A stretch of 64,000 bases of DNA from Takakia lepidozioides (GCA_030704615.1 CM060732.1:30504001-30568000); one strand, 5' to 3'; positions 1-12,900 are shown, numbered from the stretch's first letter. The notes: a model not told the origin generated them from the sequence alone. A program made the numbers and translations.

Positions 1-986
1 CCAACCTAGAGAATCACTTTGTGAGTAGTAGTATGGTGGTGTGATGTGAACGGGCTCATGGCTGGGGGAATGGGAGAGTTAGGCAAAGGGTGGGAGCCCA
101 AAGCTTTATGTCTAAATGGAAGCCACATGATGCCAGGAGCCTTCCTTTATGTGAAGTCTGTGTAGCTTATGCTGAACTAGCAGGCAAGGTGGAGCCACCT
201 CCCATAGGGCCTCTGAATAAACATGGACTATGGCTGACCAAACAGAGAGGTCAACATTGGCTGGCGTTGGGAGGGCCAGGCACAGACAAAATATAAGCAT
301 ACCTTAAGTAACGATACCTTGTCGAAGGTATCTGGGCTACGGTACCCCACATAGATGGGGTGTACCTTGATTCGGGTACACTATCAAATAAGGTACATCC
401 CAAAACGCTTGATGGTTAGCATGTCACCAGATCTGATCCCAGCGCTGTTCACTTCCTGTAAGTAGAGTAAACGGTCAGACTACGGTTTCTGGCACAACCT
501 GTTTTCTGACTTGTATTTGTCCAGAAGTCTGGTAACCAACCTGCTTGTCCAGTAGGAGCTACTAATAGGGGACCATATTGTTTTGGTCAGCCATAGCTAA
601 CTTTTATCCTCAGGAAGGTGCATTGTGACGAGTCTTCCAGAAAAATGAAGGGAAAGCCATCACCTCAATTTATGCTTCAGGATGGTTGTTGGGGGGCCAA
701 GTATTCTATGCCTTTCATTTTTCTTTGTCCAAGAAGCTCTCTGCTTCCTAAGGACATTTTAAACTTCCTTTTTTTCTTCTTCCTTTCTCATTTGGAACTT
801 TGTTTGGTCCCATATGCTCTTTTGGCCCCCAAAGGACATATGATACTTCTTCTGCTTTATCTCCATCTTCAGAACTTCTGTAAGAATGCGAACTTAAGAA
901 ACAAGACGTTAATTGTACATATGTTCTATGCGTTACATTTAAAACTTCCAGTGACTCACCAGGCCTCCTCACTGTTAGGGGCATAC

Positions 987-3900
987 CTCTTTCAGCTTGG
1001 CTCGGGCACCATTCAGCTCAATCATGACTTCATCCAGCTGGGCTTGAGCATCTGCCAACATTGCTCGCTTGGGGGCTACCTCTTTGCACACCAGATAGTA
1101 CGAGTGCATGGCCCTAGCCCACATGCAAATGGATGTGCATGCTTTTGATACTCTTGCTACCTGCACAAACAACACTGCTGATATGACCATTTCAAGTCGA
1201 CTCTATACTGGCAATCTGTCAGCGAATCGGTGCAACTGAACATGAACTCCATCAACATGACAAGTAGACCACACATGTATACTCTGTGAAACATATTTCA
1301 TATTTGTCTTTCAATCAATCAGCTCTTTCAAAACCTCCTCGCCTGATTGGCACCATGAAGAGATAAAAAAAGGGCGGACATGGTGACTTGACAACTGAAT
1401 GTGCATTTCAACTTTACTCTCATGTGGCAACAGCCAGGACATTGTATGACCTGTTCTGGAGTGAACGATTCCATCGCAATGTATGGTTCAATCTTGGTAA
1501 TAACTGCTTCAGGTATATTTTCCTTGTCAAAATTCAGTAAGGAATCCAGGAACACCGTTGGGTCCGTCAGCATCTTTGTGCTTGCATCCCAGTAATCAGG
1601 GATTTTCTTCCCCATCTGCTTTTGATCATAAAACACAGGCATCCAGTTTATGTCAGACCCAAACCAACACAAAGACTTCCCATCCCTGTTAGTGTAGTAC
1701 TCTCTTTCTATATTCATCCCTCACGCCCTAGCTAGCTCTTCAGCTGTCTGCTTGTTGCCTGGTCGTGCTTGGAATTTCTTGTGGCTTTGCATAGATGGAT
1801 TGAAGCATATTTACACAAGGCTTACCACCTTAGATAATCAATTTGAAGTTGTATTGAAGTTTTATGGTTGTGGTAGCTGGTCATTTGGGGGCCCACTTTT
1901 CTGCCCTTTTGATTTCACTTTCCCCCAAAAGGTCTCTGAGTTTCCGTGGATGTTAAAGTTCCACATCCGGTTCAAAACCTGAACTCAATATCCCAGCCCT
2001 TTTTTCTTTCGTCCCATATTATCTTTGAGCTTTCCGCAGACATCTTCCTCGGACGTTATAAAGTACCATTTCATTTCATTTCAAGTTCCTTTTCCTTTCC
2101 TTTCCTTTCTGTGAAAGCAAGCTAATTGGGGTAGTGAGTGGTAACTGCTTCTTTCCCATTGTTTCATTCTTGTTTCATTGTTGGTGATACCTTCTTGTCC
2201 CATAAGCTGATTGGGCCTGCTGTGAAAATTATAATGCTCCTTTCTTAAGCTCTTTGACCATGTGGAAATTGTTATGTTTCTGCAATTTTTTCTTTCCTTC
2301 CTTTCTTCTGCTGGACTCTTGGGACAGAGCCCATTAGATTTTTTTCCCGGACGTTATAAAGTACCATTTCGTTTCATTTCATTTCATTTCTTCTCATTCT
2401 TGGCAGCATATCTGCACGAAGCTTGTCCCTTGACCAGTAGTTGCTTTTGGGCTGCTTCTGGCTTCAGTCTTTGCCTTTTTATCCCTTTCTTGTTTCTTGT
2501 TTTCTTTGTTGGAAAACCACTGGCGTGTGGCCGGGCTAGGAATTGAACCTAGGACCTCCCCCATTCCGGTGGGGTGCTCTACCACTGAGCTACCCGTCCC
2601 GTTCCTTGAGCAGTAGTTGCAAGGGCTATAGCCTTGACACCTCCAACACTCCCCCTCAAGGCATAGCCCTTATAGCTAATGCCCACCCATTCTGACCACC
2701 ACCCCAACCTTGGCTCTGATACCATGTTGGAAAACCACTGGCGTGTGGTTGGGCTAGGGATTGAACCTAGGACCTCCCCCATTCCGGTGGGGTGCTCTAC
2801 CACTGAGCTACCCGTCCCGTTCTGTTCTCAGAGTGCCGTGCAAGGGCTATAGCCTTGACACCTCCAACATTCCTTTGTCCCATAAGCTCTTTGAGCTTTC
2901 TGCGGATGTTATAAAATTTCTTCTGCTGGACTCTGGGGACAGAGCCAATTAGATTTTTTATTTTGGGCACACGCAAATGGAATGTGAAAGGGTTCCTTCC
3001 TCACAACCAATATTTTGAAGAAAAAGAGAAACAAAAAGAAATGAAATGGTACGCCACGGAAAGCTCAAAGAGCTTATGGGACAAAAGGGAAAAACAAGAA
3101 ATGAAATGAAATGAAATGAAATGAAATGGTGCTTTATAACGTCCGCGGAAAGCTCGTAGAGCTTATGGGACAAAATGGAAGAAAACATGAGAGAGGAACA
3201 AATCCAGAAACCACAATTAATGTTCTAGCGATTGTCTAAGGGTGAAGGCCTCGTGTAGGTAGGCTGCCACGCATTTTTGATCCTCATAGTGAAAGACATC
3301 AGTGCGAGTTTGGGTTCTACTGAATAAACAGTGAAATCTCCCACGGATCTCGTAGTATAGAGGGCAGTAGAAGAAGAAGTGTTCTTCAGTTTCAATTTCC
3401 TTGCTGCGCCCTATGCAAGCTGGACATAGGCGGTCCTCCCGTTGCAGGTTTTCCCATCTGCCAGTCTCTATCTGTAGGGGGCTAGAGGCTAATGTCAGCA
3501 AATGTGCAGTGGTAGCATTCAACGACAGAGGAGAGGGAGGAAGTGATCTTAAGTGGCAGTGGGGTAGCCAAGAGATCCCGGTCCTCCCTTCCTACACTTA
3601 CCTGGGCGTTGAGTTCTCCTCCAATTGTAATTGGGATGCACATATCCGGAAAGTTGTTCAAACTGGCAAGGGCAAAGCTCTGGGGCTCACTAAATTTTTC
3701 CACTGCAGAGGGGTCAACTCTGAGGTTAAGAAAACCATGCTTTGTCGCGTTATTAGACCTGCCTTGGAGTACGGATCTGCTATATGGGTTGATAACTCCA
3801 ACCAGGCTAAGTCTCTAGAATCCATTCAAGTGGGGGTGCTTAAGGAGTGTATGTCAGCATGCTCCAAAACAGCCAATGTGGCTGTTCGGGGTGAGTTTGG

Positions 3901-6900
3901 CATTCCGTCCTTAAGCTCCCGACGAGATGAATTCAAGGTCAGATGGTGGGGTCAGCTGCAACATATGCCCAACACCAGATATCCTAAATTAATCAACTCT
4001 ATATCTTGGAAACAGGACCGCCCTGTCAAACAGGCTAAGTCCTGGCAGAAGAGAGTAGAAGAGATCCTCAAGGACCTGGACCTGGATCCGCAAATCTTGA
4101 CCCTGCTGGATAAATCTGACTTAGAGGCTGTAGTGTCCTCAGCCATGTCTGTTGCCATGAGATTGTCTGATGAAAATGAAGTTAGGCAGAAAACTTCCCT
4201 GAACTTGTTTCCAGTCTGTGACATGGGGGAGGACATCTTGGATGACCTCAAGGGTCTACCCACTCTCGGCACTAGACTGAAATTTAAACTCAGGGCAGGA
4301 AGCCTACCTTTGAACAGCAAACAGAAGCAGAGAGGAAAGGGAGAGTGCAATTGCCCGTTGTGTGGGCAATCTGAAGACAGTATTCATTTTCTCATACACT
4401 GTCCGGGGTTCTCTCACCAAAGAGACGCTCTCTTCAAATCTATTAAGGGAATTGTGCCTGTACCCCAGTTTACCAACTTTGAAAGTCTCGAGGCTGAGCC
4501 AAAAGCCCAGGCCTAGTTTTTGGGCAAATCACACACAGCAGATTGATGCTTGTGTGAAGGGATTTCTAGAGGATATCTGGAAAACCCGGATTAATTCTTT
4601 ATATGGAGGTAAGTCTTACTACCAACGTCAGCCCCTGACAGAGGTAGGTTCTGTCCCTTTTGTTCCCGCTCAAACTGGGCGCGGGGTCAATGGCCACAAG
4701 GCTACGGCAAACAACGTCTTATGAGTACAATCTATCTGTAGGTTGTGGGAACCCACCCTGAACCGCCCCAATGCCCTCAAGAGGGAAGGAGATAAGGGTC
4801 CTGAAAGGTAATTTGGTCTCAAGATTCTATCGTCGCGGAGCACCAAGAATGTCTCTCGATAGAAGTGGAGCTTTGTCGTGAGATTGGGTAGCATCCAAGT
4901 TCTCTTGACATGTAATTCCATAAGCTCTCTCCGAATGAGTCTGTTGCGGTCATGTCTGGATGTGATGTCCACCTCATCTGGCTTCATTGGTAATAGGAAA
5001 GCAGTAGAAAGTCCGTTACGTTGAAATAAACTGTCCACTCGAGCATACCAGGAGTTCCTGAAACCTGCAGCTTTGAGCCTCATAGATGTTGTGAGGGCCC
5101 TTGCCACTAGCCCTTTGGGTGGAAGGGCCTGCAATCTATGGAGAAAGATTGTAAGCCTGAAGTGGACTTCGGATTGCAATGGTACACATGCGAACTCTGC
5201 ACCTAGGATCTGAGATGGAGTTGTGCTCCTGGCGCCAAGCATTGCTTGGAGAAAAGATGACTGTAATGGTTCCAAATTCTTTTCCCACCAGGAGACAGGG
5301 ACACCAGCTGCCCAGAACTCACAACCATAGATGGTAGCAGGGCTGACGACGGTGTCAAACAGCCACTTTTTGGTTGGGGGATGCCGCAGATGTATTTGGC
5401 CTGAAGGCGGACGGAGGCCGCCTTACCTTTAGTCAACCTGTCCAAGGCAGTGGCTGCAAAGTGAAACTTGGGGGAGTGGAAAACCAGACCTAGGTACCGG
5501 TATGATTTCACAATCTCAATTTCCTGCTGGTTGAAGATGAATCTACGATCAGCATGGCCATTGAAGACCATGATCTTGGTCTTGCTAAGATTGACCTGCA
5601 TCCCATAGTCTTTGCAGAACTGTTCCAAAATTTTGAGATGGCGTTGCAGAAAGACCGGGGATTGTGCCGAAAGGGCAACATCATCAGCATAGAGGAGATC
5701 TGATTGGGTTGGTCCCCCATCCAATGGGACCCCAACCCCATGGTTTTTTGATATGTAATTCTCCAAGGCGTCAATGTAGAAAGAAGAGACAAAACCACAG
5801 CCAAAAGCAGCCCAGAAGCAACTACTGCTCAAGGAAAGGAAAAGAGAGAAAGGGCCTCGTGCCTTGTTGGGATCAGCTATCATCTTGGGGGCCACTTGAA
5901 ACATAATGCACGTAGCCTCCATAACCGTCTTGACTCCCTGAGGGGGGTTGCGGAGAGACTTCACTTCCACAATGTCATTCCTGGTCAGGTTCTTCAGAGA
6001 TGACAGAGCTGCATCCAGAGCAGGGAGTGCTAGATCAAGCTCTGCTTGAGCACTGTCAGCTATGGCTTTGGCACCAGCTGCCATCTTGTTTGCTGAAGCT
6101 TCTTGCTTCCCTACCTACACCCATGTAAAGGCAAAGGCTCCGATTAGTAAAACCGTCTTTTATCTTCCCTATGCTTTTTCAGCCCTACATTCAAAATATC
6201 ATTTTGACATGGGAAAGGGGTTCAAGATGTTCAGTAATACGTCTGCTATTCTTACCATAGGACAAAAGAGAACAGTGCCTACATTGTGATTGGAACTCTA
6301 CAAATACTGGGTTACAATGGCAAGGGTGGCCAATAAAAAAGACACCATATGGGGATCCACCTGTAATTTTAACAAATTGAAAACTGACACATCCCGGGTG
6401 AACCCACAAGGGCCTCAGGGCTTGAATCAGAGAATCCTCATCTCAACTTCCAAAACTGATATACATTGAGGAAGTTAACATACAGCGGCCTTTGTGACAT
6501 CTGCATCTGCCTTGTCATGGGATATAGCCTCCATCATATCATCGGCTTCCTTGGCAGTCGCTGTCAATATTGGTTGTAGCCGTACCAACTCAACTTGCAT
6601 AACTTCAACCTCCTCGGCCGTTGTCAGTAACTTGTCTAAGCCAGCTGCTAGTCTTGACTTCAGGCCTTCCAGGTCAGCCCTCTTCTCACCGAGAAGTTTG
6701 ATACAGCACATCAGAAGCTCCAAGTAGCTGGTGGGTGTGACATAGTTATACCGCCTAAGCTCCTCATAGAAGTCCTTGGATTTCCTCTCTACTGACTGGT
6801 GGATGTAAACACATACTCCGACAAGTTTTTGCACCTGGTTGCAGTATATTCTCATAAGAAGTAGATGTCGTATCATAGGAGGATAAAACTTAAGCTCTTA

Positions 6901-9900
6901 AGATAACCAGGGAGTGTGATTTCGAATTGCATAAGCCAGTTCAAACCTTTGAGGGAAGTGAGGCTATGGTCAACACTCCTCACATTGCTGCCATGGTTTG
7001 GTACTTCGAGAAAATCTGGAAAACCAAAATATAAGCATCTTTTTTCTAGCAAAAGTCCCACTCACTCATGGAATGATCTTTCCGTGGTGGTACTAACCCT
7101 GCCTTATTTGTTGTATCTGCATAGCCAGGTTTGCCAAACGTCTCCTCATGAGCGCAACCAATCATGCGCAAGAATCATGTTGTCACCCATAGTTAGCATT
7201 ATTGAGTAATGCAGAGATGATTTCAACAATATGTGACCTCTATAGAATCTGCTTAAGTCACCAGCATAGCTCTTCGAACAGAGTACGTTGTTCATTCTAC
7301 TGTCTTCTCACATGCTCCTTTCCCCTCTCCTCCCCACCCCCCCCACTTTCCTTTACTCAGGTGGCCCCAAGGCTACACCTAACAAAGTTTAGTGAGTACA
7401 TCTGATCCAGCCTGATTCTTACCTCCTCATCCGTCAACGTCCCAGTTGCAGTGAGAAAGTTGCGGGCGACAGACCGCAGGGCTTCCTCGGGCCACTCGCT
7501 GAACCAGTCAATTGTACAACAATTTACAAGGGATGGAAACATACGTAGCCTTGTACGGAATGCATCTCCAATGGGGCTCATGCATATGACCACGTGAAGA
7601 TTTGCTCGGACCTTGTTCAGGAACTCTGTTTGCATTGCTATCTTTGTGACTGCCTGTCCCTTTGATAGTAGGACCGGTCGCATGGCATTCGCAATGATGT
7701 CCTGATCTTCATTCTTCCACAAGTTTGGTACCTACCCAACAAACCATTGACTAATTTTAGCAGTAATGTATTTGGGATGACTTAGAAGTAGTTCACTTAC
7801 CAACACATCTTGCAGAAGGTTGTATCTTGGTCCATGATAATCTTCTACCAATTTAGCTCAAGCTCATCTTTGTGCACCAAACAGAATAATGATCTACCAG
7901 TAGAACGGTAGTTGGGCAGTGGTCCATAGGCTAACGGTTACCGAGACAGGCTTCACTTTACCTTTAACATTACCTTAGCTTTAAAATTAGACTCAACATT
8001 ACAATATCCTTCTCTCATTAGGTTATGCTGGAAACTTAGCTTCAGTTCCTATTTTGGCATCAATATGGCAATTTACACTTGCAGGCCCCAACGACTCCTT
8101 GATCCCAAAAATACTCCCCACCAGTGCTACCATCAGCTAAAATACTATAAGCAGTCAGAATGCATATTTTTGGGAAGTTAGTCACTCCCTATATACAAGG
8201 CCTGCAGTTTGGCTGTCCATTAGGTTACCGATGTACTTGCATTGTAGGGTCATGGCACTGAGGTTGCAATTTGTGACCATCCAGTCTATACATTGCAGTG
8301 TTGCCTGTACACCATGGATGCTGGCTGTAATACGACATCTAAATACCATGTCTTCTCAAATTTGGGAATTAGAGAGATGAGAAAGGAGCCCAATATATCC
8401 TGTTGGCATTACATTCTCAACCATTACATTTCAAACCTCTACCAGTGTTTACATGTATGCCTGATTACGTCTATCAAAAAAATTAAGTCGACTCCAAGTT
8501 CATGTAAGAAGAAATACCTCTCCTGAATTGAGGATGTTGTTGATATCCTCAAGGAATGATTCATATATGATCTGGGTGTCAGAGAACAAGAACACAGTTT
8601 CTTTATCTTCTAGACCTGCCTTCATAAGCACTTTCTTCAAATCCTCTTTCCACTCATTGTTACCATAACCCTTCGCAATCTCAATCTGCAAGGAAAACAC
8701 CACAATCTTGATGAATCCCATAAGGTGTAGATGTGTATTAATCCTTGTTACAAAACATCCAGAAACGAGGAGGTTGGCTGAAACAAGTGCAGTCACAAAC
8801 ATATTTTGCTGATTGGAGGATCCCAATCCTCTGTATGGTGGACGGAGGACTGTGCTCTTCCAGGGGGTTTGCCCCTTTTCTTGCATTGCTAAATTCTTTG
8901 GCCAACTACTCCCTGAAATGGCCCCCTTGTTCCACTCACTGAAATGAGAGAGAGTCCCCAATTGTAGCCTTAGGGCCACAGAAAGGAGATTCGAGAACAA
9001 TAGAATGTAGATCATTTGGACCTGAAATATCTCAAACTCTTCCATGAATGTGGCCAGTCTGGTCAAACTTTGTCTCCCACTTCCACCAACCCCAAGCAAA
9101 AGTGCATTTCCTAGTGGAAGCCGAATAACCCGACAGATCCGGGATGTGTGCTCAATTGCATCCAAAAACAACACTAGTTTCATGGGTGCGTTGCTTATGT
9201 TGTTGTAGTCTTCCAAGTACTGCTCCACAACTTGCTGTAGCTTTGGTATTTCTACCACCTGAACAAACATAAACGACATTGTATATAAGCACTGCTAGCT
9301 CTCTTCTTTCCACAACCATGGTTTCATCTGCCTGCCCTTTATCAACCTTTTCTAGGCAAGGAGAAGAGGAAGCATGCTGTGACAGTTTCTCTTCTTTGTC
9401 GCCTTTCTTATACAGGTTGCCACCATACTTGATTAGCTCATTGACAATGTCATCAAGTCCACCTGCTTTATAGCCACGACCTCAGAAGAACTAATGGGCA
9501 CGTTGTATTCCTTCAAGATACACTCCAGTTCATGAGGTCCGTCTTGGACTACTGGAACAGTTTTTTGTACTGTGTCCTTCCTTTGTTTAGAAGGCCCCTC
9601 ACTATCAGAGTTAGATTCATGGCCTGAAAACAGGGTATCCCATATGGGTGCAACACACTTTCTCCACGCGATGAATGCAAACAATTATCTATACTACCAG
9701 AAGATGAAGGAGGACAAAGGCTCCAACGACACTCTTACACGACAATGAAGTGCACTTCTTCCAGCAAACTGTGCCAAGAAGGCTGTAAGGCGCTTCAAAG
9801 GTTTTGACGATGTCAACCATTGAAGTCACCACTGCACCCTTATTATTCCTTAAAGCCTGTACTTGCTGCCACTTTTCGGCTTGTACAAACGCTACAAGGC

Positions 9901-12900
9901 CAACCAGAATCTCTTATCATTACCACCATGGTGGTTCAAGTTAATGTCCCGGTACAACTCTTCCCAATAAACTTTCTTCTGAGCCTTACAAGCATGTAAA
10001 GTGCCCGTCTCTCAGCAATCTTGAGCTTGATCTCATCAGTCCAACAATTTACTGCTCTACCGCAGACAATAAGTTTCGTCCCAATGATCTTATCAGCTGG
10101 AGAGGTGACGAACTCTCCCAAGAATCCACAGTTCGTTCAACTTTGCTTCTTGCATGACCTACGCAAGAGAGGTCTTGGAGTGATTGGATAAAATGTGGAA
10201 GAGCCTCTGGCAATTTTCTATGCACCTCTTTTGTATCGAATGTTCCATAGATCTCTTGGTGTTAAGAATACACCTTTTAATCTCAGTCCAGACAAGAAAC
10301 TACAAAGGGTCTTCTATGGACCTATTGTCCAAGGTAAAGTCTTTTGTCATTGGAATTCTGCTCATCCTCACCAAAAAGCCCTATAACATCCTCTTGTTGT
10401 AGACCTTTGCCCACCCGTGCATTTAAGTCACCACATGGCCTTTGGTGAGGAACTTAGCACAGTCAAGCTAGACGTCTTCGTAAGCTTTATCTGCGACAAC
10501 TCTAAGGGGTCCCACGGTACACAACCCACAAAGGTCCTTAGCCCTCAAGCCGCCCTTCAGTTTCAGTCTCAGCCAGATACTATGATCATACTGAAGTTCC
10601 TTGCTGACAATTTCACAATAATCACACAGGAAATCACCGACAAAGAATCCCCACCCCTTTCTGACCACGCTTTGCAAAGGCCGCCTTGAGGACACACATC
10701 ATATCGAACCATTTATAGCCAATGGCATCCCAAACTTGTCTGGAGTTTCCCATGTCTCCTGCCCAGCGCAACTGTGAATGCCATTTGCTTGAAGAACTTG
10801 TCCCAGTTCAAAATGTTTTCTTCGGTTAGTTACAGAGAAAACAAACATAGGCACGAGGTCACAAGTCCAGCATTTAGTCAGAGACATTTACCTCCCATGT
10901 CAAGTCCACCCAAAGGCAATAGGCTTCCTAGTGGGCCGGGAGAACTTACGAGCGTCAGCTTGCATGAGCTTCAGATCAAGACAGGCAGACATAGGACTAG
11001 ACAAACCAGATGAAGATAGGATTTACAACGTGAAGAAGGAGAGGTGGAACCACATTTTTTTTATCCTACCATGTATACAATGAAATAATGGGAATCTCAT
11101 CCTGGCAGAGCCATCAGTTATGTTTGATAGCTTGCCGTCACAAACTACTCCATCTTTGCGCAGCAATTCAGGCCCTGTTTTCTTTCTCTATGTGTGTTAT
11201 GCATTCTTTTACCATCAGCTCTTTGGGACCGAGAAGAGCTTCCTTAGTTTCTTTCTCACGGAATGTACTTCTGGTACTGCATGTTTGGATCACCCCACAA
11301 GCAGACCAATGGAGTTACTAAGTAGTCGCACAAACTCATACAACACAAACATAAAGACATGGACGCAGGGAGGGGTGTAACCTGCTCATAAACTCTGGGA
11401 TCCATACCAGGAGTCAAGAAATCCCCAAACATCAGGCGCTCTGTTTTAGAAAATAAGAAGTCCCACGTCATCTTGAAACGTCCTAACTGCTTGGTTACAT
11501 TGGTTTTGAACCATAAACGATCTTCGGTACTGATGAGTCGATCCTGGCCAATGAACACTCCCACTGTTCAGCACAATCTCCACTAGAGATACACAAAACA
11601 TCAATATATTACACATAAGAGACGCAATAAGAAGACAATGGCAACCAACAAATGTGTGCAATTCGTAAAACAAATCTTACCAGAAGCTATACACACCTAC
11701 TGTTTCCTTGCCATCTGTACAACATTTGAGTTCACACTCGCCACCTTAGATCACCACACGGAATATTCTGGCCAGAGACCTACCTTATAACTCTTCATCA
11801 AATGTCTGAATTCTTTCCTTCTATAAACCCTCAGGCTGTTATTGGACCACCCTTCCCTCCCTTATCATCATGCAACTCCCAAGTTTCTTTCACCTTTTCA
11901 ACTACATTTGGAACAGAAGAGGTCAAGCATCCCCAAACTCATCAATAAATAAGTAATCTCATTGGCCACAATGGTGGGTGGTCGTGGTCCAGTCAACATT
12001 TCAAGTGAAATGGGACTGACCTGAAACACTCGCATAGCTTCATGTACCCAAAGACTGATAAGAACAGAGCTCTCTGAACAATTTCCAGGATCAGCACGCA
12101 GCACTCCTTGTATGACCTTGCTCAGATCACGGAGATTGAACGTGTAGTGCGACTTTGATGGGGTGGGAAGAAGCTCCTTCCGAATTGTGTTATAGATGTC
12201 AATTGTTGCATCAACAATTGACTTTCCACACGCCCGGCAGTCCTCATTAAAACTCGCTTTCAATGTAGCATCCAAAATGGTGGAAAAAATGAGCATCAAG
12301 CTATCATCCGCCATCTCTGTGAATGACAAAAAGTTGAAGTGCCGGAGGAATCGCATAGTCACCAGATTTCGACCACCTCCAGGGGGTCCCATGCATCCAA
12401 CAAACTGAATATCAACAAGATTGCGAAATGCACAGGGAGGAATTCGGTCATACCAGCCCTTGTGATCCATCCATTGCCGAAGAATCTCAATGGGTGGCTG
12501 TGCAAAGTATTTTTCTCTCTGTGGCATGTTCACATCATCTACAAAGATAACATACTTCTTCAATGATGGTGGACCATACACACCCTTCCGCCGCTTCTCT
12601 GTCTTGGAGTCAATTAAGTCCTGAGATACATGTGAACAAGCCCATGAGAAATATGACAAACAACCTGCAACTGAAAGCAAGGAGTTTCCATGCCAGCTCT
12701 AAGCTAAAAACTCCAAAACAGGAATTTTGTTAATATGTGCACTGGAAGAGCAGAGCACATAAACGAGATGTTCAAGAAAACTTCCAAAGTATTCACTGTT
12801 GTTCTGTGAGCCTTCTGTGGACATTATGAAGTTTTTTTCCTCTGTGGACGTTATAAAGTACCATTTCATTTCATTTCTTTTCTTTTTCTCATGCAAAGAA

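Larger units (their letters stand above)
2507..2869 (-). mobile_element. TRIM (non-autonomous LTR retrotransposon in miniature) with tRNA-derived LTRs
   Basis: Two TGTTGG...CCAACA LTRs (2725-2869 and 2507-2648). The 76-bp internal region has a PBS TGGTATCAGAGCCA (2724-2711, tRNA-iMet 3' end) and a PPT GAGGGGGAG abutting the 3' LTR. Flanks TTCTT/TTCCT form a 5-bp TSD with one mismatch. Confidence 0.9.

Noticed and set aside
2528-2817. Two tandem tRNA genes
   Set aside because: The anticodon loop is 6 nt, the acceptor stems are mismatched, and both copies lie inside TG...CA LTRs with a PBS and PPT.
3098-3128. (GAAAT)n/(CATTT)n runs as telomeric or CRISPR-like repeats
   Set aside because: They are consistently attached to LINE A 3' ends and have no spacer structure.
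3401-4516. 371-aa ORF as a host gene
   Set aside because: It is a chimera of antisense LINE A sequence and a truncated LINE B ORF2.
5203-6084. Genuine dynein-reverse transcriptase fusion gene
   Set aside because: A GC donor at 5862 gives a normal dynein. The RT piece is truncated and frameshifted, so the in-frame read-through is probably incidental.
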